Part shown: positions 38,522-48,419 of the stretch, piece by piece
Numbering within the stretch: the first letter of the stretch is position 1
How the letters are laid out: each line of letters begins with the position of its first letter
Origin: an uncultured virus (IMG/VR IMGVR_UViG_3300020056_000011)
Lineage: Duplodnaviria > Heunggongvirae > Uroviricota > Caudoviricetes
DNA length: 60,676 nt
Virus record (IMG/VR): IMGVR_UViG_3300020056_000011
Direction: 5' to 3' (one strand)
Made by a program: the position numbers and the translations under genes
The notes under the pieces: model-generated
What the model was told of the DNA's origin: nothing
Seen by the model: the letters and a program-made list of their open reading frames with translations, nothing else
Database searches by the model: none

Positions 38522-39540
38522 TCACCTCTCAAAGCAGAGACATATAAATCTTGCATAATCTGTTTTAGTTTGTTCTTGTCAACATCAATCTCATAATTAT
38601 CGATATAACTTGTAAGAAGAGACATAGTGTCTTTTGTAGTGTCTACATCACTTTGTTCTTCAAACTGAAAATCTGTTTCATCGACAATAGATAAATCAGC
38701 AACATCTTTCTTATATAAAGAGTCAACAAATGTATCGAACTTATATTGAGATCTTTTATTTTTAACAATAATTTTTACATATTTGTTTTCATATTTTGAC
38801 AAATCATATTTTTTATTTTCATCATAATAAATCTTATGAAACATTTGATGTGGGTTTTGAACAAACTGCAATTCCATTGAGCCCGTATCTAAAATATGAA
38901 ATCCTTTAGGATCATCACAATCATTCCAAAATAATTCATATGGGGCTCCCAAATAATGAATTTCTCCTTGATTGCTTTTATGATGGAAATGTCCAGAACA
39001 AGTCAAATCAAATTTTTTAAAGTGTTCAATAGACATACCAGCTTCACACTTGATACCACGCATCATTTCAAAACCATTCAGTTCTAAATGTCCTAACGCA
39101 ATTTTTGCTTTGGTTTTCTTTATGTGTTTTAGAGTTTCATCATAATTCTCAGAATTTATCCAAGGAATAAAACAAATGTCAGTCCCATCAAAATTAAGAG
39201 TAGTGGCCGTTGTATAAGTCTTGAAATCATCCCCGAAAAGTTGCTCCATAGAGTTAATACGATTTGTGTTTTTATAATACACATCATGATTACCAATAAT
39301 AAAATAAGAGTCATAGTCTTTAATCTTCTTTATAAATCCACTTCGTAAGCCATCAAGAATATTATAGTTGATAAACTTTCTTCGGTCTGTAACATCTCCA
39401 AGATGAATTACAGTCTTAATATTATTCTTTTCCAAGTAAGGAAAAAATACATTATCATAAAATTCCATAAAATAGTCATGGAAAAGTGTGGAGTCACCTC
39501 TAGCGCCGAAGTGAGTGTCCGTAATCAGTGCAATTTTCAT
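38518..39540 (-). CDS. gp47: Recombination endonuclease subunit, SbcD/Mre11-like (gp47)
   Basis: ITDTHFG, HLGDVTDRRK, IGNHD, SGHFH. Confidence 0.96.
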   Translation of the reverse strand: MKIALITDTHFGARGDSTLFHDYFMEFYDNVFFPYLEKNNIKTVIHLGDVTDRRKFINYNILDGLRSGFIKKIKDYDSYFIIGNHDVYYKNTNRINSMEQLFGDDFKTYTTATTLNFDGTDICFIPWINSENYDETLKHIKKTKAKIALGHLELNGFEMMRGIKCEAGMSIEHFKKFDLTCSGHFHHKSNQGEIHYLGAPYELFWNDCDDPKGFHILDTGSMELQFVQNPHQMFHKIYYDENKKYDLSKYENKYVKIIVKNKRSQYKFDTFVDSLYKKDVADLSIVDETDFQFEEQSDVDTTKDTMSLLTSYIDNYEIDVDKNKLKQIMQDLYVSALRGD

Positions 39541-40088
39541 GAAGTTTCAGATTCCTTACCTTCTCTCTTTTCCTTGGCTTTTTGTTTTTTCTTTCTTTGG
39601 GTTTCTTCAAAGTCTGCAAGAAAATCATCCATATTATTGTGAATAAATTCTAAGAAATTATTTTTCATAGGACTACCATTTGGTCCTTGCATAATTTCAT
39701 CAATCAATTCTTGATTTTCCAATGCCTTATATTTTACATAAGTCTGTTTCTTTTCTTTTTGAATCCTTCGAATGAAAGCATAGTAAATAATCTGAGTAAA
39801 ATATGCGAATGGATTTTTTGATTTTTCTGGATTAAAATTATCAATATACAATAGACAATTTTCAATACCATCTGATATCATTTCTTCTTTATATGTATAG
39901 TTGATAAAATTGGGTTTATAAGAGAGATGCTGTGCAATCTTCATAATACACTCACCAATATAATTTGGAACTCTTGGGCGCTCTGTGTCCTGCTCAGCGG
40001 CAAGGTTGACGGCATCCTTATATTTTGTCATCTCTTCCAACAACTTTTTGTTATCTACATAATGATTTCTAGTGCTTTTCTTAGCCAT
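39537..40088 (-). CDS. gp55: Late-transcription sigma factor (gp55)
   Basis: HYVDNKKL, YIGECIMKIAQHLSYKPNF, MISDGIENC, NPFAYFTQIIYYAFIRRI. Confidence 0.96.
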   Translation of the reverse strand: MAKKSTRNHYVDNKKLLEEMTKYKDAVNLAAEQDTERPRVPNYIGECIMKIAQHLSYKPNFINYTYKEEMISDGIENCLLYIDNFNPEKSKNPFAYFTQIIYYAFIRRIQKEKKQTYVKYKALENQELIDEIMQGPNGSPMKNNFLEFIHNNMDDFLADFEETQRKKKQKAKEKREGKESETS

Positions 40089-40117
40089 ACATAATAATTC
40101 CTTATACAATTACAAAG

Positions 40118-40199
40118 ATAATACCATAAAAAAGTGTTTCTTGTCAATAGAAAATAAATTTTTTTTTCTATTGACACAAGTTGATTCTACTGTTATACT
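40118..40199. promoter_or_regulatory. Back-to-back divergent sigma70-type promoters within an inverted repeat
   Basis: Minus: TTGACA-N18-TATTAT toward gp55. Plus: TTGACA(40171)-N17-TATACT(40194-40199). TGTCAATAGAAAA/TTTTCTATTGACA inverted repeat. Confidence 0.65.
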
Positions 40200-40213
40200 G
40201 GGTATGTAGACCC

Positions 40214-40615
40214 TTAATGATAGACTTTATTACCGTTTATCATTCTCATAAGTTCTTCAATAGTATGTTCATGTTCTTCATCAACATCTTCTAATCCAGG
40301 CCCTTCAGTTTCATTGAGTTCAGAATTTGCAGCTGCAGCCTTTCTTCTTAAAATCATTTCATAATGGTCAATAATTTCTGGGGAAGGTGTATTCATTGCA
40401 ATGACATTGTACGCGGCAACTTCTACTATAGTATCATCACTATATTGTAACCAATCTATGAGAGTTGAATTAAAGTCTCCAGTTTGAGGATTCATGAACG
40501 ATTTTATTTCAAACGGATCTTCCAAAATAATTGAACTTGCAGACGCATTTTTAGAATTTGTCTTACAAATAATTACTTCTTTTGTTGATAGCCTGACTAT
40601 TTTGAAATCGTGCAT
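40214..40615 (-). CDS. Conserved hypothetical protein downstream of uvsW (Sm-like)
   Basis: FKIVRLSTKEVIIC; conserved position between uvsW and gp55. Confidence 0.65.
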   Translation of the reverse strand: MHDFKIVRLSTKEVIICKTNSKNASASSIILEDPFEIKSFMNPQTGDFNSTLIDWLQYSDDTIVEVAAYNVIAMNTPSPEIIDHYEMILRRKAAAANSELNETEGPGLEDVDEEHEHTIEELMRMINGNKVYH

Positions 40616-40622
40616 GAGTTTC

Positions 40623-42113
40623 CTAACCAAATAATTTGATTTCATTTATTTTAAACGAAAACTTTTCTTCATTATAGATATTTATACGTTCGTAAAAATG
40701 GCGTATTGCAAAATTCATATAATTCTTATAACGAAAATCGTCAGCTATATCATATAAGACTGCTGATGTTTTATTATTTCCTTTTCTGAGGCCTCTTCCT
40801 ATAGACTGCAAGTTTCGTATTCTACTCTTTGACGGAGATGTGAAAACAACATTGTGCAAATTACGAATGTTTACACCAGTAGAGAATGTACCATAAGATG
40901 CAATAATAATTGCATTATCTTCTTTTTCCGTTGTTGCTCTAATTTGTTCTCTTATTTCTGCATTTACTGAGCCAGAAACAAAAAATACTTTTCTATTTTC
41001 TTCTACAGAATTCTTTATTAATTTGTACATAGGTATTCCATGTTTTTCTACAAAATTGTAAAGAACTAGTGTATTACCTTTTAGATTTAATGTCAAGTCT
41101 TTTATAAATTCATTTCTTCTAGGATTTGTTACAATCCATTCTACCTCATCAGCATATTTCAGTTTTTTGATTTCTTTACATGTCTCCATAGGATATTTTA
41201 GTACCAGACATTGTATTTTAAAATCTGCGAGAGTTTTGTTATCAATTAGCTTTCTTGTAGATGTGACTTGTTTTGCATCTCCAAACATTCCTGTAAGAAT
41301 AAGTTTATGAGTTTTTGTTCCATCTAATGTTCCTGTTGTTCCAAATCTAAATCTACACTCTGTTAATCTATCCATGATTTTGTTAAGAGAGTTTGCTTTA
41401 AATAAGTGACATTCATCGCCAATCACTACTCCAAATTGATCCCAATAATCTCTCGGCATTTTGTATATCGATTGCCAAGTAGATATCACTACCTTTTTAT
41501 CTGTATATTTTTCTTGGCCAGCAAATATCTTATGACAATACTTATTTACATCCCATCCATAATCGGCAAAATCACCATACATCTGCGAAACTAGTGAAGT
41601 GGTTGGAACTATGATTAGAATTTTTTTTCCTTTTACTTCTGGGTGCATGTTATAGAATCTTACCAAAGTATAAATGATGAGTGATTTACCAGAAGCTGTC
41701 GGGGAAAGAAGTAATGTTCTATTTTTTTTGATTGCATGATAGATTGCATCTAACTGATAATCTCTATATTCAATTTTTTTTCCTTGACTATGTGGATTAA
41801 TGAATTTTGCAAGTGCTTCCAAATCTTTTGGTGAAAAATTTTGATCTTGTAAATCTTCATCATATTCTATTTCATAATCATTTTTTTCGCAAAAATATTT
41901 TAGTTGTTCAACAAGGCCTAAGTATAACTTACAATTAGTAGGATTGAAAAGTCTTATCTTTCCATCCCAATATTTATTCTTATATGCGGGCATAAACTCA
42001 GCGCCAGGCACCTTAAAGGTAAAGTAGTCCACCAGTTCTTTCAACATAAAAAGTTCTGGGGAATCTACTTGAACATACACTTCGTTTAGTTTGTGAACAT
42101 AAAACTTGCTCAT
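40623..42113 (-). CDS. uvsW: RNA-DNA/DNA helicase UvsW
   Basis: WDGKIRLF, RDYQ, SPTASGKSLI, GDECH, TTGTL, LQSIGRGLR. Confidence 0.96.
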   Translation of the reverse strand: MSKFYVHKLNEVYVQVDSPELFMLKELVDYFTFKVPGAEFMPAYKNKYWDGKIRLFNPTNCKLYLGLVEQLKYFCEKNDYEIEYDEDLQDQNFSPKDLEALAKFINPHSQGKKIEYRDYQLDAIYHAIKKNRTLLLSPTASGKSLIIYTLVRFYNMHPEVKGKKILIIVPTTSLVSQMYGDFADYGWDVNKYCHKIFAGQEKYTDKKVVISTWQSIYKMPRDYWDQFGVVIGDECHLFKANSLNKIMDRLTECRFRFGTTGTLDGTKTHKLILTGMFGDAKQVTSTRKLIDNKTLADFKIQCLVLKYPMETCKEIKKLKYADEVEWIVTNPRRNEFIKDLTLNLKGNTLVLYNFVEKHGIPMYKLIKNSVEENRKVFFVSGSVNAEIREQIRATTEKEDNAIIIASYGTFSTGVNIRNLHNVVFTSPSKSRIRNLQSIGRGLRKGNNKTSAVLYDIADDFRYKNYMNFAIRHFYERINIYNEEKFSFKINEIKLFG

Positions 42114-42580
42114 TAATTACCTTCTAACCATTTCTTATAATCAATAAAATTTTTGATAGTCCATTTCTTTTGATCTATCAAAATATCAATGGTTTTATCA
42201 ATCAAAGTTATTATCTGTTTTAATATCAATAGATTTTTTTTAGATTTAATAATTTCTTCGTCATCATCTATCCAGATATTCAAATCAGATTTTAATATTT
42301 TTGTTCCTTCAATTTCCCATCCTCTTGCCACAATTTCATCTTCCGACATTTTTCCTGTATAGTACTTTGTCTTTATTGCCAAAAGCTTTTTGTGTTCTAT
42401 CTCTAAAAACTGATATTTTATTTCGTATACTTGTTGATGAGTCATCCACTTCCCAATCAAATTCTGATTGTGAACAATTTCATCTGCTAATTTCAGGTAA
42501 TCTATTTTTATATCTTTTTCGGATTCCTGTGTCAACTCAGCCAATTTCACTGAATATTTTTCTTCCATAATGTTCTCCAA
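42113..42580 (-). CDS. uvsY: Recombination mediator UvsY
   Basis: KYYTGK..KILKSDLNIWIDDDEE..WTIKNFIDYKKW; adjacent to uvsW. Confidence 0.85.
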   Translation of the reverse strand: MENIMEEKYSVKLAELTQESEKDIKIDYLKLADEIVHNQNLIGKWMTHQQVYEIKYQFLEIEHKKLLAIKTKYYTGKMSEDEIVARGWEIEGTKILKSDLNIWIDDDEEIIKSKKNLLILKQIITLIDKTIDILIDQKKWTIKNFIDYKKWLEGN

Positions 42581-42585
42581 TAATA

Positions 42586-43101
42586 TTATAAGTTTTCTAC
42601 CGAATAACTCCTAAACATAAAATCTGCTGTTGTCAGAGGCGCAATACTTGCTGTTTCTGTAGAAGATAGTGGAATATCTCCTATGGCTATAGGAAATGCA
42701 TCTTTGAATGTGAATTTTAAAACTGGTGTATTTTGGTTGTTATAAACAATTAATACTAAATCTGAAAAAACAGATTTTCCAAGTTCTAATCTTCTTGCAT
42801 TAGTAAAGTTTCCATATTGTTGAAAATTGTCTGGAAATCCTAATGCAAGTAACCAATTATAAACTTCTTTCCAATTTTTCATTTCTTCGTCTACTAAAAA
42901 TCCAATTGACATAACAGAGAAAATTAATTTATCTCCAGGCTCTGGACGTTTAATAAATGGCGTTTCCACTATTGCTTCGCCTAAAGTCACGCCAGGAATA
43001 CTTACAGATTGAACATAGTCCTCTAGTGATGGACACATATTTGTAGAAAAACTAAAGTTCTGTGTATTGAGGTAATTTACATTTTGAGTATCTACATCCA
43101 C
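42586..43101 (-). CDS. gp3: Tail completion / tube terminator (gp3-like)
   Basis: NYLNTQNF, QSVSIPGVTLG, PGDKL, FLVDEEMKNWKEVYNWL, FKDAFP. Confidence 0.88.
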   Translation of the reverse strand: MDVDTQNVNYLNTQNFSFSTNMCPSLEDYVQSVSIPGVTLGEAIVETPFIKRPEPGDKLIFSVMSIGFLVDEEMKNWKEVYNWLLALGFPDNFQQYGNFTNARRLELGKSVFSDLVLIVYNNQNTPVLKFTFKDAFPIAIGDIPLSSTETASIAPLTTADFMFRSYSVENL

Positions 43102-43133
43102 TGCGAAATCTCCTTATTATCTTACTATTTAGG

Positions 43134-43162
43134 AATAAAAAAAGGGGGGCATTGAGCCCCCC
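43134..43162 (-). terminator. Rho-independent terminator after gp23
   Basis: GGGGGGC-TCAAT-GCCCCCC followed by TTTTTTTATT. Confidence 0.9.
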
Positions 43163-43193
43163 ATATTCTGCTTTTCTTTTTTTATTGTTTTTA

Positions 43194-44585
43194 TTAAGCA
43201 GCAGAGTTGATGTTGTCCACGCGGAACAATCTGTAGTACTGGTTGCCGTCTGTTGGGAAAGCGCCATCCGCAGCAGGAGTACGAGCCGCACCAGCAAATG
43301 GGTTTTTAACCATTCCATAACGAGTTTTGAACCCGATTTTTGGCTGGAATGTATTCTCACCAACTGCACGAACCATTTGCATTGGAACATATGGGCAATA
43401 GAAGTAACCAGCATCAAATGGTGAAGAACCTCTGTATCCAACCATTGCGAAGTCATATGCACCAGCGGATGAGAAGTATGGGTCAATGTACACTTTGAAC
43501 TTTTTGTTGAGTACGCCGGCGAATGTTTGTCCTGTGTCATCAACATTAAGTGCTGTGTCCATTTGTGGGTTATAGTCAAGAAGACCAGACATTGCAAGAG
43601 CAGAAGCAACATCAGAAGAACATACGATTACGTTACCTTTTCCTCTACGTGTTTCTTTTGCAATTACGTTTGCTTCTTTTTCGATTTGGAACATAAGAGC
43701 TTTAAAGTTCTCAACACTCCAACGGCCATCAGCATCAGTTGTCAAATCAAAGATACCTTTGTTTGTTGTTTGTGCCGCACAACCCAATTTTGCTTGGTCG
43801 TAAAGATTTCTAAGTACTTCACGGTTAATCTCAGCAGTAATCTCTGTGGAGAGAATTGTTGAGAGTTCTGACTCTGCGTCAAGACCGTGTACCGCTCTCA
43901 AGTCTTGTGAGAGTTCAGTTGTGTACTCTGCTTTCAACGCTCTGGTTTTCGCAGTTACCGATACTCTATCGATTGAGAATGCCATTTCGTTGAAATGTCC
44001 GTTAGTGCCCATTCCCTGATCAACACCCTTTCCAAGGCCTTCACCAGCTGCTGTTGAACCAGCTGCACCTGTTTGTGAACCATTTGCTGATTCTACAAAT
44101 GCTTCTCCGCCTGCGTTTACACCAAGTGAAGAACCTGCGAATGGATCTGTACCGGCGTGTGTGCCTGTTCCAGAAAATGTTGTGTCAGCTTCATCGAAGA
44201 GAGCTTCTGTTCCAGTCTGATTTGTATAACGCGATTTCATTGCGAAAATCAAACCTGTTGGGCCTGTCATTGGCTGAACACCTACAAGGTCATATGCCAT
44301 AAGGTTTGGCATAGTTCTGCGAATCATGGAAATGATTACTGGATCAGAATATGTTAGGTTTCCGCTGTCTGGTGCAGTAGGAGCCACGTTAGTCTCGTTG
44401 AGAGATGCCATGGTTTGTGTTCCAAGAGCGTTTTCTTCTCTTGTAGCTCTTTCTGTATTTTCGAGAAGAACGGCAGTAACCGCTTTTCTATATGGGTCCT
44501 TGATTTCAGCTTGATCAGGATGCTCAAGCACAGGCTTCCACTTTTCTTTCAACTCCTGAATTTGGATTGCATTAAAGTCGTGCAT
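43194..44585 (-). CDS. gp23: Major capsid protein (gp23)
   Basis: GVQPMTGPTGLIFAM, RALKAEYTTELSQDLRAVHGLDAESEL, YCPYVP, FQPKIGFKTRYG. Confidence 0.98.
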   Translation of the reverse strand: MHDFNAIQIQELKEKWKPVLEHPDQAEIKDPYRKAVTAVLLENTERATREENALGTQTMASLNETNVAPTAPDSGNLTYSDPVIISMIRRTMPNLMAYDLVGVQPMTGPTGLIFAMKSRYTNQTGTEALFDEADTTFSGTGTHAGTDPFAGSSLGVNAGGEAFVESANGSQTGAAGSTAAGEGLGKGVDQGMGTNGHFNEMAFSIDRVSVTAKTRALKAEYTTELSQDLRAVHGLDAESELSTILSTEITAEINREVLRNLYDQAKLGCAAQTTNKGIFDLTTDADGRWSVENFKALMFQIEKEANVIAKETRRGKGNVIVCSSDVASALAMSGLLDYNPQMDTALNVDDTGQTFAGVLNKKFKVYIDPYFSSAGAYDFAMVGYRGSSPFDAGYFYCPYVPMQMVRAVGENTFQPKIGFKTRYGMVKNPFAGAARTPAADGAFPTDGNQYYRLFRVDNINSAA

Positions 44586-44625
44586 TTTTTTCTCCTTAGT
44601 AGATTTTATTTGCTATACTATATTA

Positions 44626-44633
44626 TATTTATA
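44626..44633 (-). promoter_or_regulatory. Late promoter for gp23
   Basis: TATAAATA. Confidence 0.8.
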
Positions 44634-44638
44634 AAATT

Positions 44639-45703
44639 TTAATCTTTAGGTCTATTTAGTGCTCTAGCATAAACATCCATCACAGATTGAAATTTATTTT
44701 CCTCTTGAACCACTGGAGAATCTTCAACTGAAGTTTCTAATGCACTTTCATCTAATACTGCGCTTTCTACAATTGTTTCAGATGGAAAATAATTGTCCTT
44801 GATCAATGTAACTTTTTCCATCATATCTTCCTTGGTAGTGAATTCAAGGCTTTCGCTCAAAGAACGTACTTTTTCTGCTTGAGAAACAGTAAGTCCTTCA
44901 GTTACATCTTTCAAGATAATTTCTTTTTCAAGATCTTCAAGTTTTTTAGACAACTTGATATTCTTTTCAAATTGCTCATTCAATTTTTGTTCTTTTTCTT
45001 CCAAAGTTTCCAAAGCTTCACCGTAAAGATCGACTTTTTCTTCTGGAACATCAACATAATTTTCCTCAAAGACCTTTTTCAGACCACTCATGAAATTTTC
45101 CATAATCTCAAGCTTGAGTTTATTTTCTACCGCAAGTTTGTTTTCAGCAACATACTCTTTTGCGACATATGAAAGATACTCATCAACTTTTTCAGACAGT
45201 TCTTGTCTAATTTCTGCAACATTTTCCTGAAGCTCAGTTTCGTAGTCTGCATAAATTTCTTCCAACTTTTCGTTGACTTTTGAAACTACGGCGGCCTCAA
45301 AGATTGTTGTTACTTGATTCTGAAACTCTTCAGAAAGGTCTTGTCCCTGTAGCATTGCATCGACATCCTCTTTAACGTCAACATCTTCTGCTTTAACTTT
45401 ATAAGAAGCGTTCATTTTTTTCTTTTTTTCTACCACTTCTTCGTCATCATCTGCATCATCTTCATTATTTTCATCTTCCATATCTTTATCTTTAGAAGCG
45501 TTCATTTTTTTCTTTTTACTGTGGTCCATTTCTTCCAATGGAGCTTCACTTGTTTCTTCAGATTCTTCAGAAACTTCTACTTCATCAGTTGTTTCTTCAG
45601 CAATTTCTTCAACTGCTTCTTCTTCAACAACTTCAACTTTTTCTTCGATTGCTTCTTCAACTTTCGTTTCGTCAACAATCTCTTTATTTTCTAAATTTTC
45701 CAT
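44639..45703 (-). CDS. gp22: Prohead core scaffold protein (gp22)
   Basis: Acidic N-terminus; LSEEF..TIFEAAV..KVDEYLSYV; synteny. Confidence 0.92.
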   Translation of the reverse strand: MENLENKEIVDETKVEEAIEEKVEVVEEEAVEEIAEETTDEVEVSEESEETSEAPLEEMDHSKKKKMNASKDKDMEDENNEDDADDDEEVVEKKKKMNASYKVKAEDVDVKEDVDAMLQGQDLSEEFQNQVTTIFEAAVVSKVNEKLEEIYADYETELQENVAEIRQELSEKVDEYLSYVAKEYVAENKLAVENKLKLEIMENFMSGLKKVFEENYVDVPEEKVDLYGEALETLEEKEQKLNEQFEKNIKLSKKLEDLEKEIILKDVTEGLTVSQAEKVRSLSESLEFTTKEDMMEKVTLIKDNYFPSETIVESAVLDESALETSVEDSPVVQEENKFQSVMDVYARALNRPKD

Positions 45704-45734
45704 TTTTGATTCTCCTACGAGTTTAATTTATATT

Positions 45735-45742
45735 TATTTATA
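45735..45742 (-). promoter_or_regulatory. Late promoter for gp22
   Basis: TATAAATA. Confidence 0.75.
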
Positions 45743-45746
45743 ATAA

Positions 45747-46385
45747 TTACAATTTTGACATGAAATTTTTAAACAAGTTGATTTTTACTTCTTCGAGCTC
45801 TCTTTGTTTTGCCTCTTGCATCTTTCTATGATACTCAGCAATTGATTTTTCTTGAACAATTCCGTTATTCCAGACCCACTCTTTTCCTTCCATGATACCG
45901 TTCACAAACGCATCTGGAGCGCTTGGGTCCGCAACAATATCGGCTGCTGTGGCCAAATAAAAATCGTCTTGTACTATATTCCTTCCACCTGATTGCTTAA
46001 CACTACCCATACCCCTAGAAGAAACACCTAATGATGCACCCTCTTTAATTAGGTTTGACACAATAGCACCATATGGAGTTTCAGTCATGATTTTTGCCTT
46101 ACCAACATAGTTATTGCCTTCTTTGGTAAGAGATTTTATCATGTGCGAAACTCTCTCTAAATTAATTGTAGGGCCTTCTGGATGTCCTAATTCACCAAAG
46201 GCTCTATTTTTTGCAATATATTTTTCATTATATCTTGCAACTTCTCTATCCATGACTTCGGAAGGGTATTCTCTACCATTTCTATTTTTTATATTTGATT
46301 GAAGGAAAACGCCTTCGATAAAAAGGTCTTTTCCTTTTTGTTCTACTAAGATTTCTTCTACTACTTCTGTTATGAGTTTCATCAT
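45747..46385 (-). CDS. gp21: Prohead protease (gp21)
   Basis: IEGVFLQ..NRNGREY, GELGHP, GVSSRGMGS, DIVADPSAPDAFV. Confidence 0.96.
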   Translation of the reverse strand: MMKLITEVVEEILVEQKGKDLFIEGVFLQSNIKNRNGREYPSEVMDREVARYNEKYIAKNRAFGELGHPEGPTINLERVSHMIKSLTKEGNNYVGKAKIMTETPYGAIVSNLIKEGASLGVSSRGMGSVKQSGGRNIVQDDFYLATAADIVADPSAPDAFVNGIMEGKEWVWNNGIVQEKSIAEYHRKMQEAKQRELEEVKINLFKNFMSKL

Positions 46386-46648
46386 AGACCCGTCCTTTTT
46401 GTCATTGATCTTGCTCTACGAATATTAGAGATATTTACTTTACCTTTTCTTTTTCTTGCAGATCTAGTATTTCTAATACTCATTTTTTTAGCATCCGTAG
46501 GACTAATTCTTACTTCTTTGTTTCCTACGACTTTATAGCCATCTCTGTTAGTTTTGAATTTAATCTTTCTTTTGCCACCACGAACTACAACCTTTCTCTT
46601 GATTGCTTCATCAAGGTCTTGTGAAAGATATTCTTCAAAACTTAACAT
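46382..46648 (-). CDS. gp68: Prohead core protein (gp68-like)
   Basis: Basic protein between gp67 and gp21; leader MLSFEEYLSQDLDE. Confidence 0.7.
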   Translation of the reverse strand: MLSFEEYLSQDLDEAIKRKVVVRGGKRKIKFKTNRDGYKVVGNKEVRISPTDAKKMSIRNTRSARKRKGKVNISNIRRARSMTKRTGL

Positions 46649-46652
46649 TTTT

Positions 46653-46892
46653 CTATGCCTCTTCTGTTTCTTCTTCTGGTGTTTCGGCTTCTACTTCTTC
46701 TTCCGAATCAACATCTGTTTCCTGTTCTCCATTAAACATGGAGTTTGCAAACTCTTTTTTATAATCATCTATTTCTGTGGCAATTTTGTCCTTCAAAATA
46801 GAATTGATTGCATCTGCAGCTGCAGTACCATTTCCTAAAATAGAATTGTCTACTATATCTAGATATTTATTATTTATATTTTCTTCGCTCAT
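46653..46892 (-). CDS. gp67: Prohead core protein (gp67-like)
   Basis: Small acidic protein directly after the portal gene. Confidence 0.7.
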   Translation of the reverse strand: MSEENINNKYLDIVDNSILGNGTAAADAINSILKDKIATEIDDYKKEFANSMFNGEQETDVDSEEEVEAETPEEETEEA

Positions 46893-46894
46893 TT

Positions 46895-48391
46895 TTAAAA
46901 GCCCTCTTCGTTTTCATTTTTTCCAAAAATTTCATCTTCTTGCTCAGCAAGAATTTCTTTTCTCATATTATTTATTTCATCATCACTAAACTTTAGAATA
47001 TTTCTTTGTACCCAAGTATGAGAGTAATATTTACCCATATAATCTGTCATTTCGGATAACAAAGCAACTCTGTCTCTTATCATTTCAGTATTTTTAATTT
47101 CTGAATAATAAGAGTCTTGTGTAAAGTCAAAGATAACTTGTTGAGATATTGCTTTCCATTCTTCTGAAGTAACAATACCTTTCAATATCATTTGTTTTTT
47201 CAAAAGGTCAAGAAATAGTTCACTGAATTGGTTTCTTAATCTTACAATAAATCTATTAAATTTGTATTCATCTCTATTTATTTCTGTAGCACGGCCCAAT
47301 GCAAGAGACTGTTCTGGTTCTAATCTAGAAATAGGAACATTTAGAGATTTATAAAGTTTTTTCTGAAAATAGACAACATCATCCATTTCACCTAAATTAG
47401 AACCGCCTGGTAAAGTTTCGATCTCTGTACCTCTACCGCCCTCTCTGCGTGGAAACCAAAAATCTTCAAGCATAGACATATGGCGTCTATCGTCTTTTAC
47501 TTCACCAGTTGCAGCATCATATGCAACTTTAGTTTTATAACGATTCATAATGTCTGCAATATATTGTTCAGCCTTAACTTTTGGAAGATTTCCTACATCA
47601 ATATAGAAAACTCTTCTTTCTGGTGCTCGTGTCCATCTGTAAATTACTACAGAATCTTCCACCATTTGTAATTGATTGAGGGCTTTGATTGCTTTGTGTA
47701 AATGACCAATAACATATTGTCGTCTGGCATCTCTTAGGCCAGAGTTTACATGTGCTATTGAGTCTGGGGAAATGGGAATTCCAGTAGTTTTGTCGCCGTT
47801 GGAAAGGCCTTTTTCGTTGTAAACATAATATTCTGAGACAGATTTAACCAATTTTCCTTGAGTTTTTTCGTCTTTTTCTATATGTTTTACTTTTTTGATC
47901 TTTCTAGGATCAATTTTTCTGAGTTCTATAATACCATCTTTTGGTTTAGATTGATTGATAATTATATGAAAATAAATTCTACCGTCAATATACCAATTTC
48001 TAAAAATATCATAACCAGCTCTGTTGAAATTTAATAAAGAAAGAACATTGTCAAATTCTTCGACAAGAGCCTTCTTAACAGAAGCTGGTTGATTTACATT
48101 TTTAGTTAATAATTTTACTGGATTTTGATCTGCTTCATTGACAATTGCTTCTGATACAATATCATCAATTGCAATTTCAACTTCAGGATGGATAGACATA
48201 TCTCTATATCTATCGATTAATTCTGCGTCACTTTTTGCATTATTTTCCAAATTATATGTAGTTGTATAAAAATTTGTAGAAACATGCAAAGAACCATCGT
48301 CATTCATACTCTCTGGGGGTATGAATGACTTAGATTCTTTTGATTGCTCTGCTGTTTTTAATAGGGTAAACCCAAATAATTTCACTTCCAT
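46895..48391 (-). CDS. gp20: Portal protein (gp20)
   Basis: WYIDGR, LHKAIKALNQL, RAPERRVFYIDVGNLP, EDFWFPRREGGRGTEIETLPGG. Confidence 0.97.
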   Translation of the reverse strand: MEVKLFGFTLLKTAEQSKESKSFIPPESMNDDGSLHVSTNFYTTTYNLENNAKSDAELIDRYRDMSIHPEVEIAIDDIVSEAIVNEADQNPVKLLTKNVNQPASVKKALVEEFDNVLSLLNFNRAGYDIFRNWYIDGRIYFHIIINQSKPKDGIIELRKIDPRKIKKVKHIEKDEKTQGKLVKSVSEYYVYNEKGLSNGDKTTGIPISPDSIAHVNSGLRDARRQYVIGHLHKAIKALNQLQMVEDSVVIYRWTRAPERRVFYIDVGNLPKVKAEQYIADIMNRYKTKVAYDAATGEVKDDRRHMSMLEDFWFPRREGGRGTEIETLPGGSNLGEMDDVVYFQKKLYKSLNVPISRLEPEQSLALGRATEINRDEYKFNRFIVRLRNQFSELFLDLLKKQMILKGIVTSEEWKAISQQVIFDFTQDSYYSEIKNTEMIRDRVALLSEMTDYMGKYYSHTWVQRNILKFSDDEINNMRKEILAEQEDEIFGKNENEEGF

Positions 48392-48419
48392 ACTATATTC
48401 CAATAACTAGTTGAGTTGC

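Noticed and set aside
43052..43612. 186-aa alternative minus-strand ORF overlapping the end of gp23
   Set aside because: Out-of-frame overlap with gp23 that runs through its terminator; no recognisable features
45400..45520. Repeated KKKKMNAS segment in gp22
   Set aside because: Short low-complexity repeat in the variable scaffold N-terminus; not a DNA-level array
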